A model generated the notes under the pieces. That model was not told where the DNA came from. It ran no database searches and saw only the letters and a list, made by a program, of their open reading frames with translations. DNA of 64,000 nucleotides. Origin: Myxococcales bacterium (GTDB lineage Bacteria; Myxococcota_A; UBA9042). The stretch spans positions 1 through 64,000 of the forward strand of contig JBBISH010000001.1 of assembly GCA_037441385.1 (NCBI GenBank), in the 5' to 3' direction. How positions within the stretch are numbered: the stretch's first letter is position 1; each line of letters opens with the position of its first letter. This document shows, piece after piece, positions 39,634 to 50,795 of the stretch. The position numbers and the translations under genes were made by a program.

Positions 39634-40539
39634 AGGCGTGCCTACCGCAACGGCCACGACACGCAGCCACTCGCCCAGCACTGATACCAATTCCGTCCGA
39701 ATCGGATCGAAAACTCTGGCAATTCTTCGGGCCCGGACCGGGGTCCCCGCCTGATTCTCGCCAGTTGCAGAACGGGTCAGAAAGGCCGTACAGGTGCGAA
39801 TCAGGTGGGGTGCGTAGGACAAGTCGCGCTCGTCGCTCACGACCACGGTCTGCGGGGAGTAGTCGGGATTCAGGGAGTCGAGGCGGACCTCCAGGCCGGG
39901 AGACTGCAGGCTCATGCCGCCCACCTTTCTGCACAGCCATTGCCCCCCATCGTCGGCGTCAACTGGGTTGCGCAACAGGACGATTTTGCCCAGCAACGGG
40001 GGGGCTACAGGTTGGCGGAACAGGCACCAAGCACCGTTGGCGATGCGCGGTTCCCTAGACGGGCCGCCCATTTGTGTCAAGAACTGCCCGTCGCTCGCCG
40101 ACTGGCCCGGTGGTGGCGCCGCCCAGGCCGAGACCACGGGCGCGTCACTCGCTCCGGGCGAAGCGGTACATGTGCGCAAGTCGAAAATAGGCAGGCTCCG
40201 AGCCGGTTTGCGGCGGCCAATAGCTGGTGTGGCCTGCCAGCCCGCGGCGGACAGTTCCGACAACGGGTCAGCCAAGGCAGGATCTCCTGGTACCTGACCC
40301 TTATTGATCAATAAATCGGTCACTTGTACGCCAAAGGCCGACGCCAGTCCGAACAGGGTTCGGGTAGTGAGGGCGCGGCAACCATGTTCGAAGTCCTGAT
40401 ATTGCTTGATGTCGACGCCGCACTTGTCGGCCGCTTGCGCTTGGGTCCAGGCACGCTGTACTCGCACCCTTGCGAGATTACCGCCGAGCTCCTGGAGCCA
40501 GAGGCGATAGGCGAGGTCAAGTTGGCTGCGGCGCGTCAT
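39619..40539 (-). CDS. XRE-HTH plus S24 (LexA/CI-like) repressor, degenerate, with a 135-bp in-frame insertion
   Basis: HTH WTQAQAADKCGV..Y.DFEHG; S24-like GPSREPRIANGAWCLFR, GKIVL, LDSLNPDY; may be a pseudogene. Confidence 0.7.
   Translation of the reverse strand: MTRRSQLDLAYRLWLQELGGNLARVRVQRAWTQAQAADKCGVDIKQYQDFEHGCRALTTRTLFGLASAFGVQVTDLLINKGQVPGDPALADPLSELSAAGWQATPAIGRRKPARSLPIFDLRTCTASPGASDAPVVSAWAAPPPGQSASDGQFLTQMGGPSREPRIANGAWCLFRQPVAPPLLGKIVLLRNPVDADDGGQWLCRKVGGMSLQSPGLEVRLDSLNPDYSPQTVVVSDERDLSYAPHLIRTCTAFLTRSATGENQAGTPVRARRIARVFDPIRTELVSVLGEWLRVVAVAVGTPSTRT
39685..39819. mobile_element. Candidate MITE/IS remnant inserted in frame in the S24 domain
   Basis: 45 extra codons separate DERDL from SVLGEW; imperfect terminal inverted repeats (12/20) both starting TAC. 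Confidence 0.4.
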
Positions 40540-40669
40540 AGGGCGCCACGAGACACCCGCACGATCGTGATGAAAACCGATGAAATCATACACACATTGA
40601 CAACAATTAATTCGTTGGGATTCTCGGATTCCCGAACGCTCGAACGTCGGCGCTGAAGCGAGGCGACCC

Positions 40670-42751
40670 ATGACCCTCTTCGAACGGAAACTCACTAACC
40701 TGGCTGCATTTTGGGGCCTCCTCCTTGGTCTAGCCATGGCCGTGTCTTGCACGTCGACCGGCGGTTCTGGGGGTGGTGGCTACGTGATCCCGCCCGGTGG
40801 CGGCAATACTTGCGTGCCCCAGTGTGACGGCAAGGAATGTGGCGACAACGGCTGCGGCGGGGTGTGCGGGGCGTGCCCTGCTGCCGCACCAGTTTGCCAG
40901 CAAGGAACCTGCAAGGCTGCTTGTGTGCCTCAGTGTACCGGCAAGGAGTGCGGTGACGACGGGTGCGGCGGGGTGTGCGGGGCTTGCGCTTGGGACAAGC
41001 CGGTCTGCACCGCGGGGCAGTGCACGGCGCCCGCGCCGGCCTCGCAGTGTGGCAACGGCACGTGCGAAACTGGCGAAACGCCAACGAATTGTGCCGCAGA
41101 CTGTCAGGCCCCGCCCACGGCGCACTTTTGCGACACGAATTGCGGGGGCGGCGGCAGCAACGCCTGCTATTGCGACGACCAATGTGCGCAGTTTGGCGAT
41201 TGCTGCAATGCTGCAGGCGACGGCAAGGGCGGCAAGACCTGTGCGGGTTCAACCTGCGCGCTGTGCAACGGTGGAGCTAGCGGCGGACCCAAGTGCGGCA
41301 ATGGTCAGTGCGAAGCCGGCGAGACGGCGGCAAACTGCGCTGCAGACTGCAAGGGGGGCTGTGCGCCCAGTTGTCCGGCGGGGACGTGTGGCGACGATGG
41401 TTGTGGCGGCCAGTGTGTGTGCACCGGAACGAAGGTGTGCCAAGCGGGCATTTGTGTCACGCCTGGGTCTACGGCACCGACGTTGGTCGTCAAGCCGATG
41501 GGATTGCTTGATATTGGTGGCGCAAAGGTGGTCCCTGGGTGGCTTGCGCACCTCTACGGCAAGAACTTGCAGGGGATTGGCGACTTCAGGCTACTTGAAG
41601 CGAGCGTGACGAACTCGGACTCGGTCAGCCACAACTACACGGTCGAGGTGGAGATCAAGGGCTACTCCGAGATTGCGTTGACTTCGCTCAAGATCCCGGC
41701 CAAGCAGACCGCGACGGCGTCTGACTTCCCGCTGACCTGGAAGCCTGCCTGGAAGGCGCTGTCGGCGCCGCTGTCCACCCAGATTCAGGTCCGGGTCGTG
41801 GAGGGGGCCAGCACGCTGGCGAGCGACGCGGTTGGTGCGTCGTTGTATCCGGTGAACTATGTGAAACTCGGTGATACGGACTTGCTCAGCGGCGTCACGG
41901 TCCATGGGCAGGAAACGGCAGTAACCTTGATTACGCCGGGCGACAAGGACGTGCTAGGCGTCTTGACGGCGGCAAAGGCATATAGCGCCTTTGAATCCAT
42001 GATCGCGTATCAGTACAAGGGGACGAAGTTCGGAGGCTCCTTGCCTGCACTGAAATTCACCCTGGGGCCCGGACAGGAGCAGAAATGGTCAACCTACTAC
42101 GAGGCCGGTGACCTGATCGACGCGGATGTGTCGGTTACGTGTTCACTTTGCACCGACTACAACGCTGGATACGGCGTATATGACGAGGATGGGAACTGGG
42201 TGTTCAAGTTCGACACGCTAGGCAAAGGGATACAGGCTAAGTCCGCGCCGGTATCGGGCTGGTACTACCACCACGCGTGGAACCCGGCGGGCAACGGATC
42301 GAATCGAAGCTATACCGTGAAGCGGGGCATGGCCATCAACGAGGGCGCCGCCGACCAAATAGGCGCGATCTTCAAGGCCGTTCAGGCCTATGGGGTCGGA
42401 TACGTAACCGTAAAGGGCTCATTCTTCAGCGGAGCGCAATACATCAAGCTGCCGGCAGAATCCCTCATGTCTTCTGGGGCAAACTGTATCGACGGTACAC
42501 TCCTTTTCGCGTCTGCCCTTGAAGCGATGGGCATGCAGGCTTTTCTGGAGTTCCCGCCAGGGCACGCGTTCGTAGCCGTTCGTTGTTGGCCGAACGCAAA
42601 CTGTATCGTGCCGATCGAGACCACGTTGGTAGGGGAGAACGGTTCCGCGAATGACGCAATCAACGCCGCGATCAGTAAAATGCCAAATGTTCTCAAGGAA
42701 GTCGACGTCCAGGCGCAACGCGAGGCAGGCTTCACCCCGATTCCCCAGTAG
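40670..42751 (+). CDS. Cys-rich repeat lipoprotein with C-terminal transglutaminase-like (Cys-His-Glu) domain
   Basis: Lipobox AVSC; CxGKECGDDGCGGxCG and CGNGxCExGETxxNCxxDC repeats; somatomedin-B-like CYCDDQCAQFGDCC; NCIDG..FASALE, GHAF, IETT. Confidence 0.75.
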   Translation: MTLFERKLTNLAAFWGLLLGLAMAVSCTSTGGSGGGGYVIPPGGGNTCVPQCDGKECGDNGCGGVCGACPAAAPVCQQGTCKAACVPQCTGKECGDDGCGGVCGACAWDKPVCTAGQCTAPAPASQCGNGTCETGETPTNCAADCQAPPTAHFCDTNCGGGGSNACYCDDQCAQFGDCCNAAGDGKGGKTCAGSTCALCNGGASGGPKCGNGQCEAGETAANCAADCKGGCAPSCPAGTCGDDGCGGQCVCTGTKVCQAGICVTPGSTAPTLVVKPMGLLDIGGAKVVPGWLAHLYGKNLQGIGDFRLLEASVTNSDSVSHNYTVEVEIKGYSEIALTSLKIPAKQTATASDFPLTWKPAWKALSAPLSTQIQVRVVEGASTLASDAVGASLYPVNYVKLGDTDLLSGVTVHGQETAVTLITPGDKDVLGVLTAAKAYSAFESMIAYQYKGTKFGGSLPALKFTLGPGQEQKWSTYYEAGDLIDADVSVTCSLCTDYNAGYGVYDEDGNWVFKFDTLGKGIQAKSAPVSGWYYHHAWNPAGNGSNRSYTVKRGMAINEGAADQIGAIFKAVQAYGVGYVTVKGSFFSGAQYIKLPAESLMSSGANCIDGTLLFASALEAMGMQAFLEFPPGHAFVAVRCWPNANCIVPIETTLVGENGSANDAINAAISKMPNVLKEVDVQAQREAGFTPIPQ

Positions 42752-42791
42752 GCCCACGCCCACGCGCTGAGACACAAAAGGAGCCCTGCCC

Positions 42792-43403
42792 ATGCGTTTC
42801 CTCGTCGCCCTTGCTGCTGTGTTCCTCCTTGCCTGCACCACCACCGGTCCCTCCGGCTACAACCCCAGCGCCACCGGTTGCGGGCCCCTCAACTGCGCCG
42901 GATGCTGCGCGGGCGGCGTATGCACGTCGGGCAACTCCGCGATGGGTTGCGGCTTGGGCGGCGGCATCTGCGCCATCTGCGACGCGACCGATATCTGCAA
43001 TTCCTCGGGCCAATGCGTCCTTGACCCCAGCGCAAAATGGATCGTGCGGCCCGTCTCCGCCGTGATCGAAAGCAACGACAACGGCAAGAACTGGGATGGG
43101 GACGGCTCCCCGCCCGACGTCATCGTTACCACGGTCTGCCCAGACGGCAGCGTGGGCACGTCGGAAAAGGTCGAGAGCTACAATCCTTCGTTTAGCCTTG
43201 GGTCTTGTGTGGCCACGGCGGGCGATCTGATCGCCAAGGGCATCACGTTCTCCGTCAAAGACTCGGACCTCACGGTCGACGACAGCATCACCGGCAACGT
43301 GTCCATGGCCATCAGCACGGCAGACCTGGCCGCCGGAGTCCGGGTGGGCAGCATGTCCAGCGGTGGCTGCAAGTCGATCCAGTACACGCTCACACGGAAG
43401 TAG
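42792..43403 (+). CDS. Cys-rich lipoprotein with C2-like C-terminal domain
   Basis: Lipobox LLAC; CGPLNCAGCC block; WDGDGSPPD and VKDSDLTVDDSI acidic loops; AAGGAG RBS. Confidence 0.7.
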   Translation: MRFLVALAAVFLLACTTTGPSGYNPSATGCGPLNCAGCCAGGVCTSGNSAMGCGLGGGICAICDATDICNSSGQCVLDPSAKWIVRPVSAVIESNDNGKNWDGDGSPPDVIVTTVCPDGSVGTSEKVESYNPSFSLGSCVATAGDLIAKGITFSVKDSDLTVDDSITGNVSMAISTADLAAGVRVGSMSSGGCKSIQYTLTRK

Positions 43404-43425
43404 CGGGCGGCGCCTCTGATACCCG

Positions 43426-43541
43426 TCTCGGTTGCAGTATCAGGCCGCGCCGGATTCCGGTCTCACGGGTCTGAATCCGTTGATATTCCATTCTTTTGTC
43501 TTGGCACGCTTCTGGCATCTGTTCCCAGGCGACGCCCGCCG
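43426..43541 (+). repeat. About 115-bp dispersed repeat, copy B (dyad + IHF-like site + sigma54-like promoter)
   Basis: GGATTCCGGTCTCA at 43452-43465, IHF-like TATCAACGGATTC on the minus strand at 43473-43485, TGGCAC-GCTTC-TGGCA at 43502-43517. Confidence 0.88.
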
Positions 43542-43578
43542 CTAAACTGTCCGCCCAGACTTGGGGGCGAGGTGCAGC

Positions 43579-44151
43579 ATGGACGGCGAGCGGCGACTGA
43601 CCTGGGAGGACGTCGTGCAGTTGCCCGAAAAAGAAATGCCCGAGCTGATCGACGGTCGGCCCTACCTGCGCGCGGCGCCGCGGAGCCGCCACAGCTACAT
43701 CCAAGGTGAAGTGCACCTCGCCCTGCGGCACGGCGACGCCAACCTTGCTGGCAGTTGGTGGATACTCCCCGAGCCGGACGTCCGCTTGACCCCGCACCGC
43801 ATCGTCCGCCCCGACCTGGCCGGCTGGCGCAAAGAGCGCATGCCCGAGCTCACCGACGACTGGCCGATTGACCTGCGGCCGGACTGGATCTGCGAGATCG
43901 CTTCGCCGACCAATGCTCACTACGACCGCGGCCTCAAGTCGCAGGTGTATCTGCAGGCCGGGGTGCCGTGGTACTGGCTGGCGGACCCGCAGGAGCGGAC
44001 GCTGGAAGTGTTCCAGAACCATGGCGAACACTGGCTGTACCACGGTTCGTTCAGCGACGGCGACGTGCAGGCGCTGCCGCCCTTTGACTGCGCAGTGCTG
44101 ACCATGAGCGAGCTGTTCGGGCCGCTGCCCAAGGGTTGGCCAGGAACGTAA
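43579..44151 (+). CDS. Uma2 family endonuclease (paralog of 31028-31585)
   Basis: ELIDG, WWILPEP, PDLAGWRKERMPEL, PDWICEIASP, GVPWYWLADP. Confidence 0.9.
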   Translation: MDGERRLTWEDVVQLPEKEMPELIDGRPYLRAAPRSRHSYIQGEVHLALRHGDANLAGSWWILPEPDVRLTPHRIVRPDLAGWRKERMPELTDDWPIDLRPDWICEIASPTNAHYDRGLKSQVYLQAGVPWYWLADPQERTLEVFQNHGEHWLYHGSFSDGDVQALPPFDCAVLTMSELFGPLPKGWPGT

Positions 44152-44205
44152 TGTAATAACAGAATTTTTGTTCTTGGTGGCCCGGTGCGCTCGGAGTGCG
44201 TGACA

Positions 44206-44234
44206 TTGACATGCATATGCATGTGGGGTACTCT
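44206..44234 (+). promoter_or_regulatory. sigma70 promoter with palindromic operator
   Basis: TTGACA-N17-TACTCT; perfect 16-bp palindrome ACATGCATATGCATGT at 44209-44224. Confidence 0.75.
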
Positions 44235-44250
44235 GGCCAGCGGAGGAACC

Positions 44251-44523
44251 ATGCGCACGACCATCGAACTCGAAGACGACTACCGCGGCCGGCTCTTGGA
44301 GCTGGCGGCGCGGCGGGGCAAGAAGGGCTTCTCGGACCTGATCAACGAGGCGGTCGCGCGCTACCTCACTTCGGAAGACGCGCAGGCGGACAAGCAGAGC
44401 AAGGCCGCGAAGCTGCAAGGGTTCTTGACTGCTAGCGAGGCCGACGACCTGGCCGCGCGCTGTCACTCTGCCCGGACTCTCTGGCGCGCCAGTGACGCCG
44501 ACCACCTTGGTGAACGGGGGTAG
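44251..44523 (+). CDS. VapB-like RHH/CopG antitoxin
   Basis: MRTTIELEDD...LAARRG.KGFSDLINEAV..YL; GGAGG RBS; immediately upstream of a PIN gene. Confidence 0.82.
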   Translation: MRTTIELEDDYRGRLLELAARRGKKGFSDLINEAVARYLTSEDAQADKQSKAAKLQGFLTASEADDLAARCHSARTLWRASDADHLGERG

Positions 44524-44527
44524 ACGG

Positions 44528-44926
44528 ATGTTCCTGTTTGATTCCGACGTGCTCATCGACTTCTTGCGTGGCGCCGAACCGGCTGCTGGGCGCGTGGCCT
44601 TCGAGCTGGAGCACGCGGCTGTCGCGGTTTCGGCCGTTACCGCCTTCGAGCTCACGGCGGGCGCCCTGTCGGTGCGCCAACAGGCGGCGGTGGAGACTCT
44701 CTTGGCGGCGACTCCGGTTGTGCCGGTGAGCGTCGAGGTGGCCTTGCTTGCCGGCAAGATCTTTCGCGACTTGAAAGCGTCGGGCCAAGAGATCGGCATG
44801 GCCGACTGCCTGATCGGTGCCACGTGCATCGTTCAGCGGACCTTGCTGGTGACGCGCAATCGCAAGCAGTTCGAGCGCATCCCTGGCCTGAAGCTGACCA
44901 TCATGGGGGCTGAGCGCGCCAAGTAG
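44528..44926 (+). CDS. vapC: VapC family PIN toxin
   Basis: FDSDVLIDFLRG, SAVTAFEL, IGMADCLIGAT, LVTRNRKQF. Confidence 0.88.
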   Translation: MFLFDSDVLIDFLRGAEPAAGRVAFELEHAAVAVSAVTAFELTAGALSVRQQAAVETLLAATPVVPVSVEVALLAGKIFRDLKASGQEIGMADCLIGATCIVQRTLLVTRNRKQFERIPGLKLTIMGAERAK

Positions 44927-44959
44927 ACGGACTTTTGGGGTTTTGTGGTTAGGCGAACT

Positions 44960-47851
<2,892 letters not shown>

Positions 47852-47897
47852 GGGCTGCGCGTGCGCCGCCTGGCGCGGGTCGACAGGGTAACGACTG

Positions 47898-47914
47898 GCT
47901 GAACAAATGTCCAG
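47898..47914 (-). promoter_or_regulatory. Myxococcus-type LexA (SOS) box
   Basis: CTGGACATTTGTTCAGC matches the recalled M. xanthus consensus CTRHAMRYBYGTTCAGS at 16/17 positions, 47 bp upstream of uvrA. Confidence 0.75.
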
Positions 47915-48000
47915 TGTCCTGCCAGTGGGCCGTCTAGAAATCTAGTAATATCATGATGTAGAGAATGGCCGCAACCTTCTGCAGGCTAACCGTCTGCAGG

Positions 48001-48960
48001 CTACGGTGGGTACAGGCGCAGCAACACCGCCAGGGTCGCGTTGCACAGCGCGTGGTTCACTGCCGCGGCCAGCGAGGAGCGGCTGCGCTCGGCGATCCAG
48101 CCGAACAGGAGACCAGGGAAGAACACCGCCAGTCGAAACGGCGCGGGCACGGCCACCAAGTGCACTACCGCAAAGAGCGCGGCCGCGGCCACGTGGGCCC
48201 GGCCATAGGGTACCCCCAAGAGGGTCCGCTGCGGCGGCCACACCACCTTCAACCGGCCCAGGATGTAGCCGCGAAACAGCAGTTCTTCGGGCACCGCCAC
48301 CGCGGCCAGCTGGACCAAGATCAACAAAATCAACCAGTAGAAAGTGGCTGCATAGGTGACGGGCAAGTCGATGCGGCTGCCCGAGGCCCCCAACTCCACC
48401 TGCGGAACTGCTTGGCCTGCCGGGTTGGTCAAGCTCAGCCGCTGGCCGTCGCGGAGCTCCACCCGGACCCGGCCGTGCGCTGGGACCACCTGCCGGCGCT
48501 CGGCCGCCACTGCGACCAGATCGGCGCCGGTGTGATTGTGGACGATGAGGCCTCCAGGGCCCTCGCTCAGTCCCACCGGCGCGCGGGCCGACGGCTCGCC
48601 TTGCCAGTCCAAACCGGGACTTGCAAGCCCAATGCCGGCGCCGCGCTCGCGGTGCAGGACCCGCGTCTGCCACGCGTCAAATCCCACCGCATAGACCGGC
48701 AGCACCACCAACGCGACCGCAATGCCGTGCCAAGCCGACCGCAACAGCGGCGGATCCACGGCAAGCACGTCGCCCAGCAGGCGTCGGCGCCGCGCCCACA
48801 GCAGCGGCAGCCCGACCATCGCCCCCGCCGACAACAAGCCTGCGGCGCTGGCCCACGGCCCACCCAGGCGCGCCAAAGCCTCGCCCACCGCCAACGCGAC
48901 CGCCACTGCGGCCGTGATCGCGACAGCGTCCCAGGCGGCGGCGCGGCGATCGGCGGTCAC
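48001..48960 (-). CDS. CPBP family intramembrane glutamic protease, myxosortase-like
   Basis: PEELLFRG, LFAVVH, RLAVFFPGLLFGW, HALCN; GTG start overlaps the upstream TGA. Confidence 0.8.
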   Translation of the reverse strand: MTADRRAAAWDAVAITAAVAVALAVGEALARLGGPWASAAGLLSAGAMVGLPLLWARRRRLLGDVLAVDPPLLRSAWHGIAVALVVLPVYAVGFDAWQTRVLHRERGAGIGLASPGLDWQGEPSARAPVGLSEGPGGLIVHNHTGADLVAVAAERRQVVPAHGRVRVELRDGQRLSLTNPAGQAVPQVELGASGSRIDLPVTYAATFYWLILLILVQLAAVAVPEELLFRGYILGRLKVVWPPQRTLLGVPYGRAHVAAAALFAVVHLVAVPAPFRLAVFFPGLLFGWIAERSRSSLAAAVNHALCNATLAVLLRLYPP

Positions 48961-50582
48961 TGGCCGAGCTTCTCGAGAAAGCGCTGGAATGATCCAGGGT
49001 AGCGACCCTCTTCCACGCGCTCGATATGCATGACGAAGCGCGGACCCAGCTCGGTCTCGGTGGTCACCTGCAAGAGCTTGCCGCACAGGTAGATGGTGAA
49101 CGGCTGCTCGCGCGTGCCCAGGGGCAGGTGCACCACCACCCATTCGTCCAGCTGTGGTTGCTCTTCGTGCGTCACCACCGCGATCGCCTGGGGCCCGATC
49201 GAAACGGCGCGGCCGCGAAAGACCTGCTCGCGTCGCTCGTACGCCACCGGGTGGTCGACGCGCACCAACAGCGAGCGGTCCTGGCGCCGCGGCTGCGACG
49301 GCCGAGCGCCGCCCCCGGCCACCGCGTTGAGCTCTGGGGCCGTCATGGGGTTGGGGCCGGCCGCCGCGCCGCGCGCCGTCCCGATCTCGTCCATTGCCGT
49401 CCGCCGCTCGCCGGGTGCCAGCGCATACACGGGCCAGCTCTGCTGGGTCCCCTCGGCCGGGTTGGGCCAGGTCGCTGTGGGCGGTGCCGCTGGCGGCGGC
49501 GACGAAAGATCGCCAAATCCAAAGGGGTCGATCTTGGAGCTCGACTTCGACGGCGAGAAGGCGGGCGGCTTCCAGCCCAATCCGGGGGTGCGCTCGCTCA
49601 CCGGCGGCCTGGTCCTGTCCACCGGCGGCAGCACCAGCGCCACATGCGACCCGGTCGCCGGCCGCACGGCCGACTCGGAGATTTCTTCAATGCGCATCCG
49701 CGACTGCGAGCTCCGCCGGAGTGGCTCGACATTGGGTGTGGGGGCGGTCGCGACCGGGGGTGTCTTGCCGACCGGCGGCGGCGCTCCCATTGCCTCGGAC
49801 GCCACCGCCTGCACCATCTTGATGGCTTGTTGCGACACTTGCCGCGGACCCATCACCGGCGCATCGACCGAGATCGCGGGCCGCTCGCCCGTGCGGCGGG
49901 ACCAATTCGTCTGCTCCATGGGGCCGGGCCCAGGCTGCATCGAGAGCAAGCTGGGGTGGCTGCCGCTGGGCCGCGTGGCCGCGCCGTGCCCAAAGTGACT
50001 CGCGTTGGCATACGGAGTCCGCGTGTCGTCCTGAAGCGAGGGCGAAATCGCCGTCCGCGACCCCGAAATACCCACCGCCGCCGTGCTGACCGTGTTGGCC
50101 CCGCCGGTGACTCGATTGCCACTCATCGACCGCGCGACGGAGACTGGAGCGTCGGCCTCGCTGCCCGCGGCGTTGCTCAAGAATCGTTCGATGTCGAATT
50201 CCGCGTGGCCGCCCAGCGTGACTTCGGCCCCCCTGACGCGGTGCAGGCGCAGAACGGTCGTCAAGAAGCGCACCAGGGCGTCCAAGCCAACTTCGCACGA
50301 TGCGGTCTTCCACACGACGGCGATGCCTGACGGCCATTGGCCGCCCGCCGGTACCAGCCGCACCACACGGCAAGTCAGCTTGACCAGCGGCGAACCCAGG
50401 CCGCCCGCATGCATCTCCAGGGTTGCCTCGGCGCCGAGATCCAAACCGTCGCACCGCGTGTGCAAGAACGCGCTGGCCGGCCCCACTTCTGTACATACAA
50501 CTTCGCGCCGCCCACCGGACCAATGCAGGACGCAGCGGATCAGCACGGTATAGCGCGGGTGTCGGCGGCGGTCCTCGATCAT
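48957..50582 (-). CDS. Protein with N- and C-terminal PilZ-like domains joined by a long Pro/Ser-rich linker
   Basis: DRRRHPRY...CRVVR...GIAVVW at the N-terminus; RRQDR...GKLL...RFVMHI at the C-terminus. Confidence 0.7.
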   Translation of the reverse strand: MIEDRRRHPRYTVLIRCVLHWSGGRREVVCTEVGPASAFLHTRCDGLDLGAEATLEMHAGGLGSPLVKLTCRVVRLVPAGGQWPSGIAVVWKTASCEVGLDALVRFLTTVLRLHRVRGAEVTLGGHAEFDIERFLSNAAGSEADAPVSVARSMSGNRVTGGANTVSTAAVGISGSRTAISPSLQDDTRTPYANASHFGHGAATRPSGSHPSLLSMQPGPGPMEQTNWSRRTGERPAISVDAPVMGPRQVSQQAIKMVQAVASEAMGAPPPVGKTPPVATAPTPNVEPLRRSSQSRMRIEEISESAVRPATGSHVALVLPPVDRTRPPVSERTPGLGWKPPAFSPSKSSSKIDPFGFGDLSSPPPAAPPTATWPNPAEGTQQSWPVYALAPGERRTAMDEIGTARGAAAGPNPMTAPELNAVAGGGARPSQPRRQDRSLLVRVDHPVAYERREQVFRGRAVSIGPQAIAVVTHEEQPQLDEWVVVHLPLGTREQPFTIYLCGKLLQVTTETELGPRFVMHIERVEEGRYPGSFQRFLEKLGQ

Positions 50583-50795
50583 GCCTCTCGTCATTGGGAG
50601 GAGGCGCCGTAGCGCGCCGCCCCATTCAACACTAGCTGACTCGACCGGACGGGGCAACGTGTTCCACCGTCAAGTTCGGCCCGCCCTGGGCAATGATCCC
50701 AGCACGCCACAGCGCGCCCCCGGCCTGGTCAGGCAATCATCCAAGCCTCAGCGCTTACGTATGTCGATTGGGTCGGCCTCTACTGTGCCTACCAC

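Noticed and set aside
39195..40058. 287-aa ORF as an intact PIN fusion protein
   Set aside because: It is read-through produced by the 13-bp duplication frameshift; the PIN motifs continue in another frame
40810..41450. DNA-level repeat array
   Set aside because: The repeats are explained by Cys-rich protein repeat units within the CDS
44150..44176. AT-rich TGTAATAACAGAATTTTTGTTC as an IS end
   Set aside because: No partner inverted repeat or transposase found; cannot be supported without an ISfinder search
39619..44926. Prophage remnant suggested by the CI-like repressor
   Set aside because: No structural, replication or integrase genes; the context is TA/Uma2 accessory DNA
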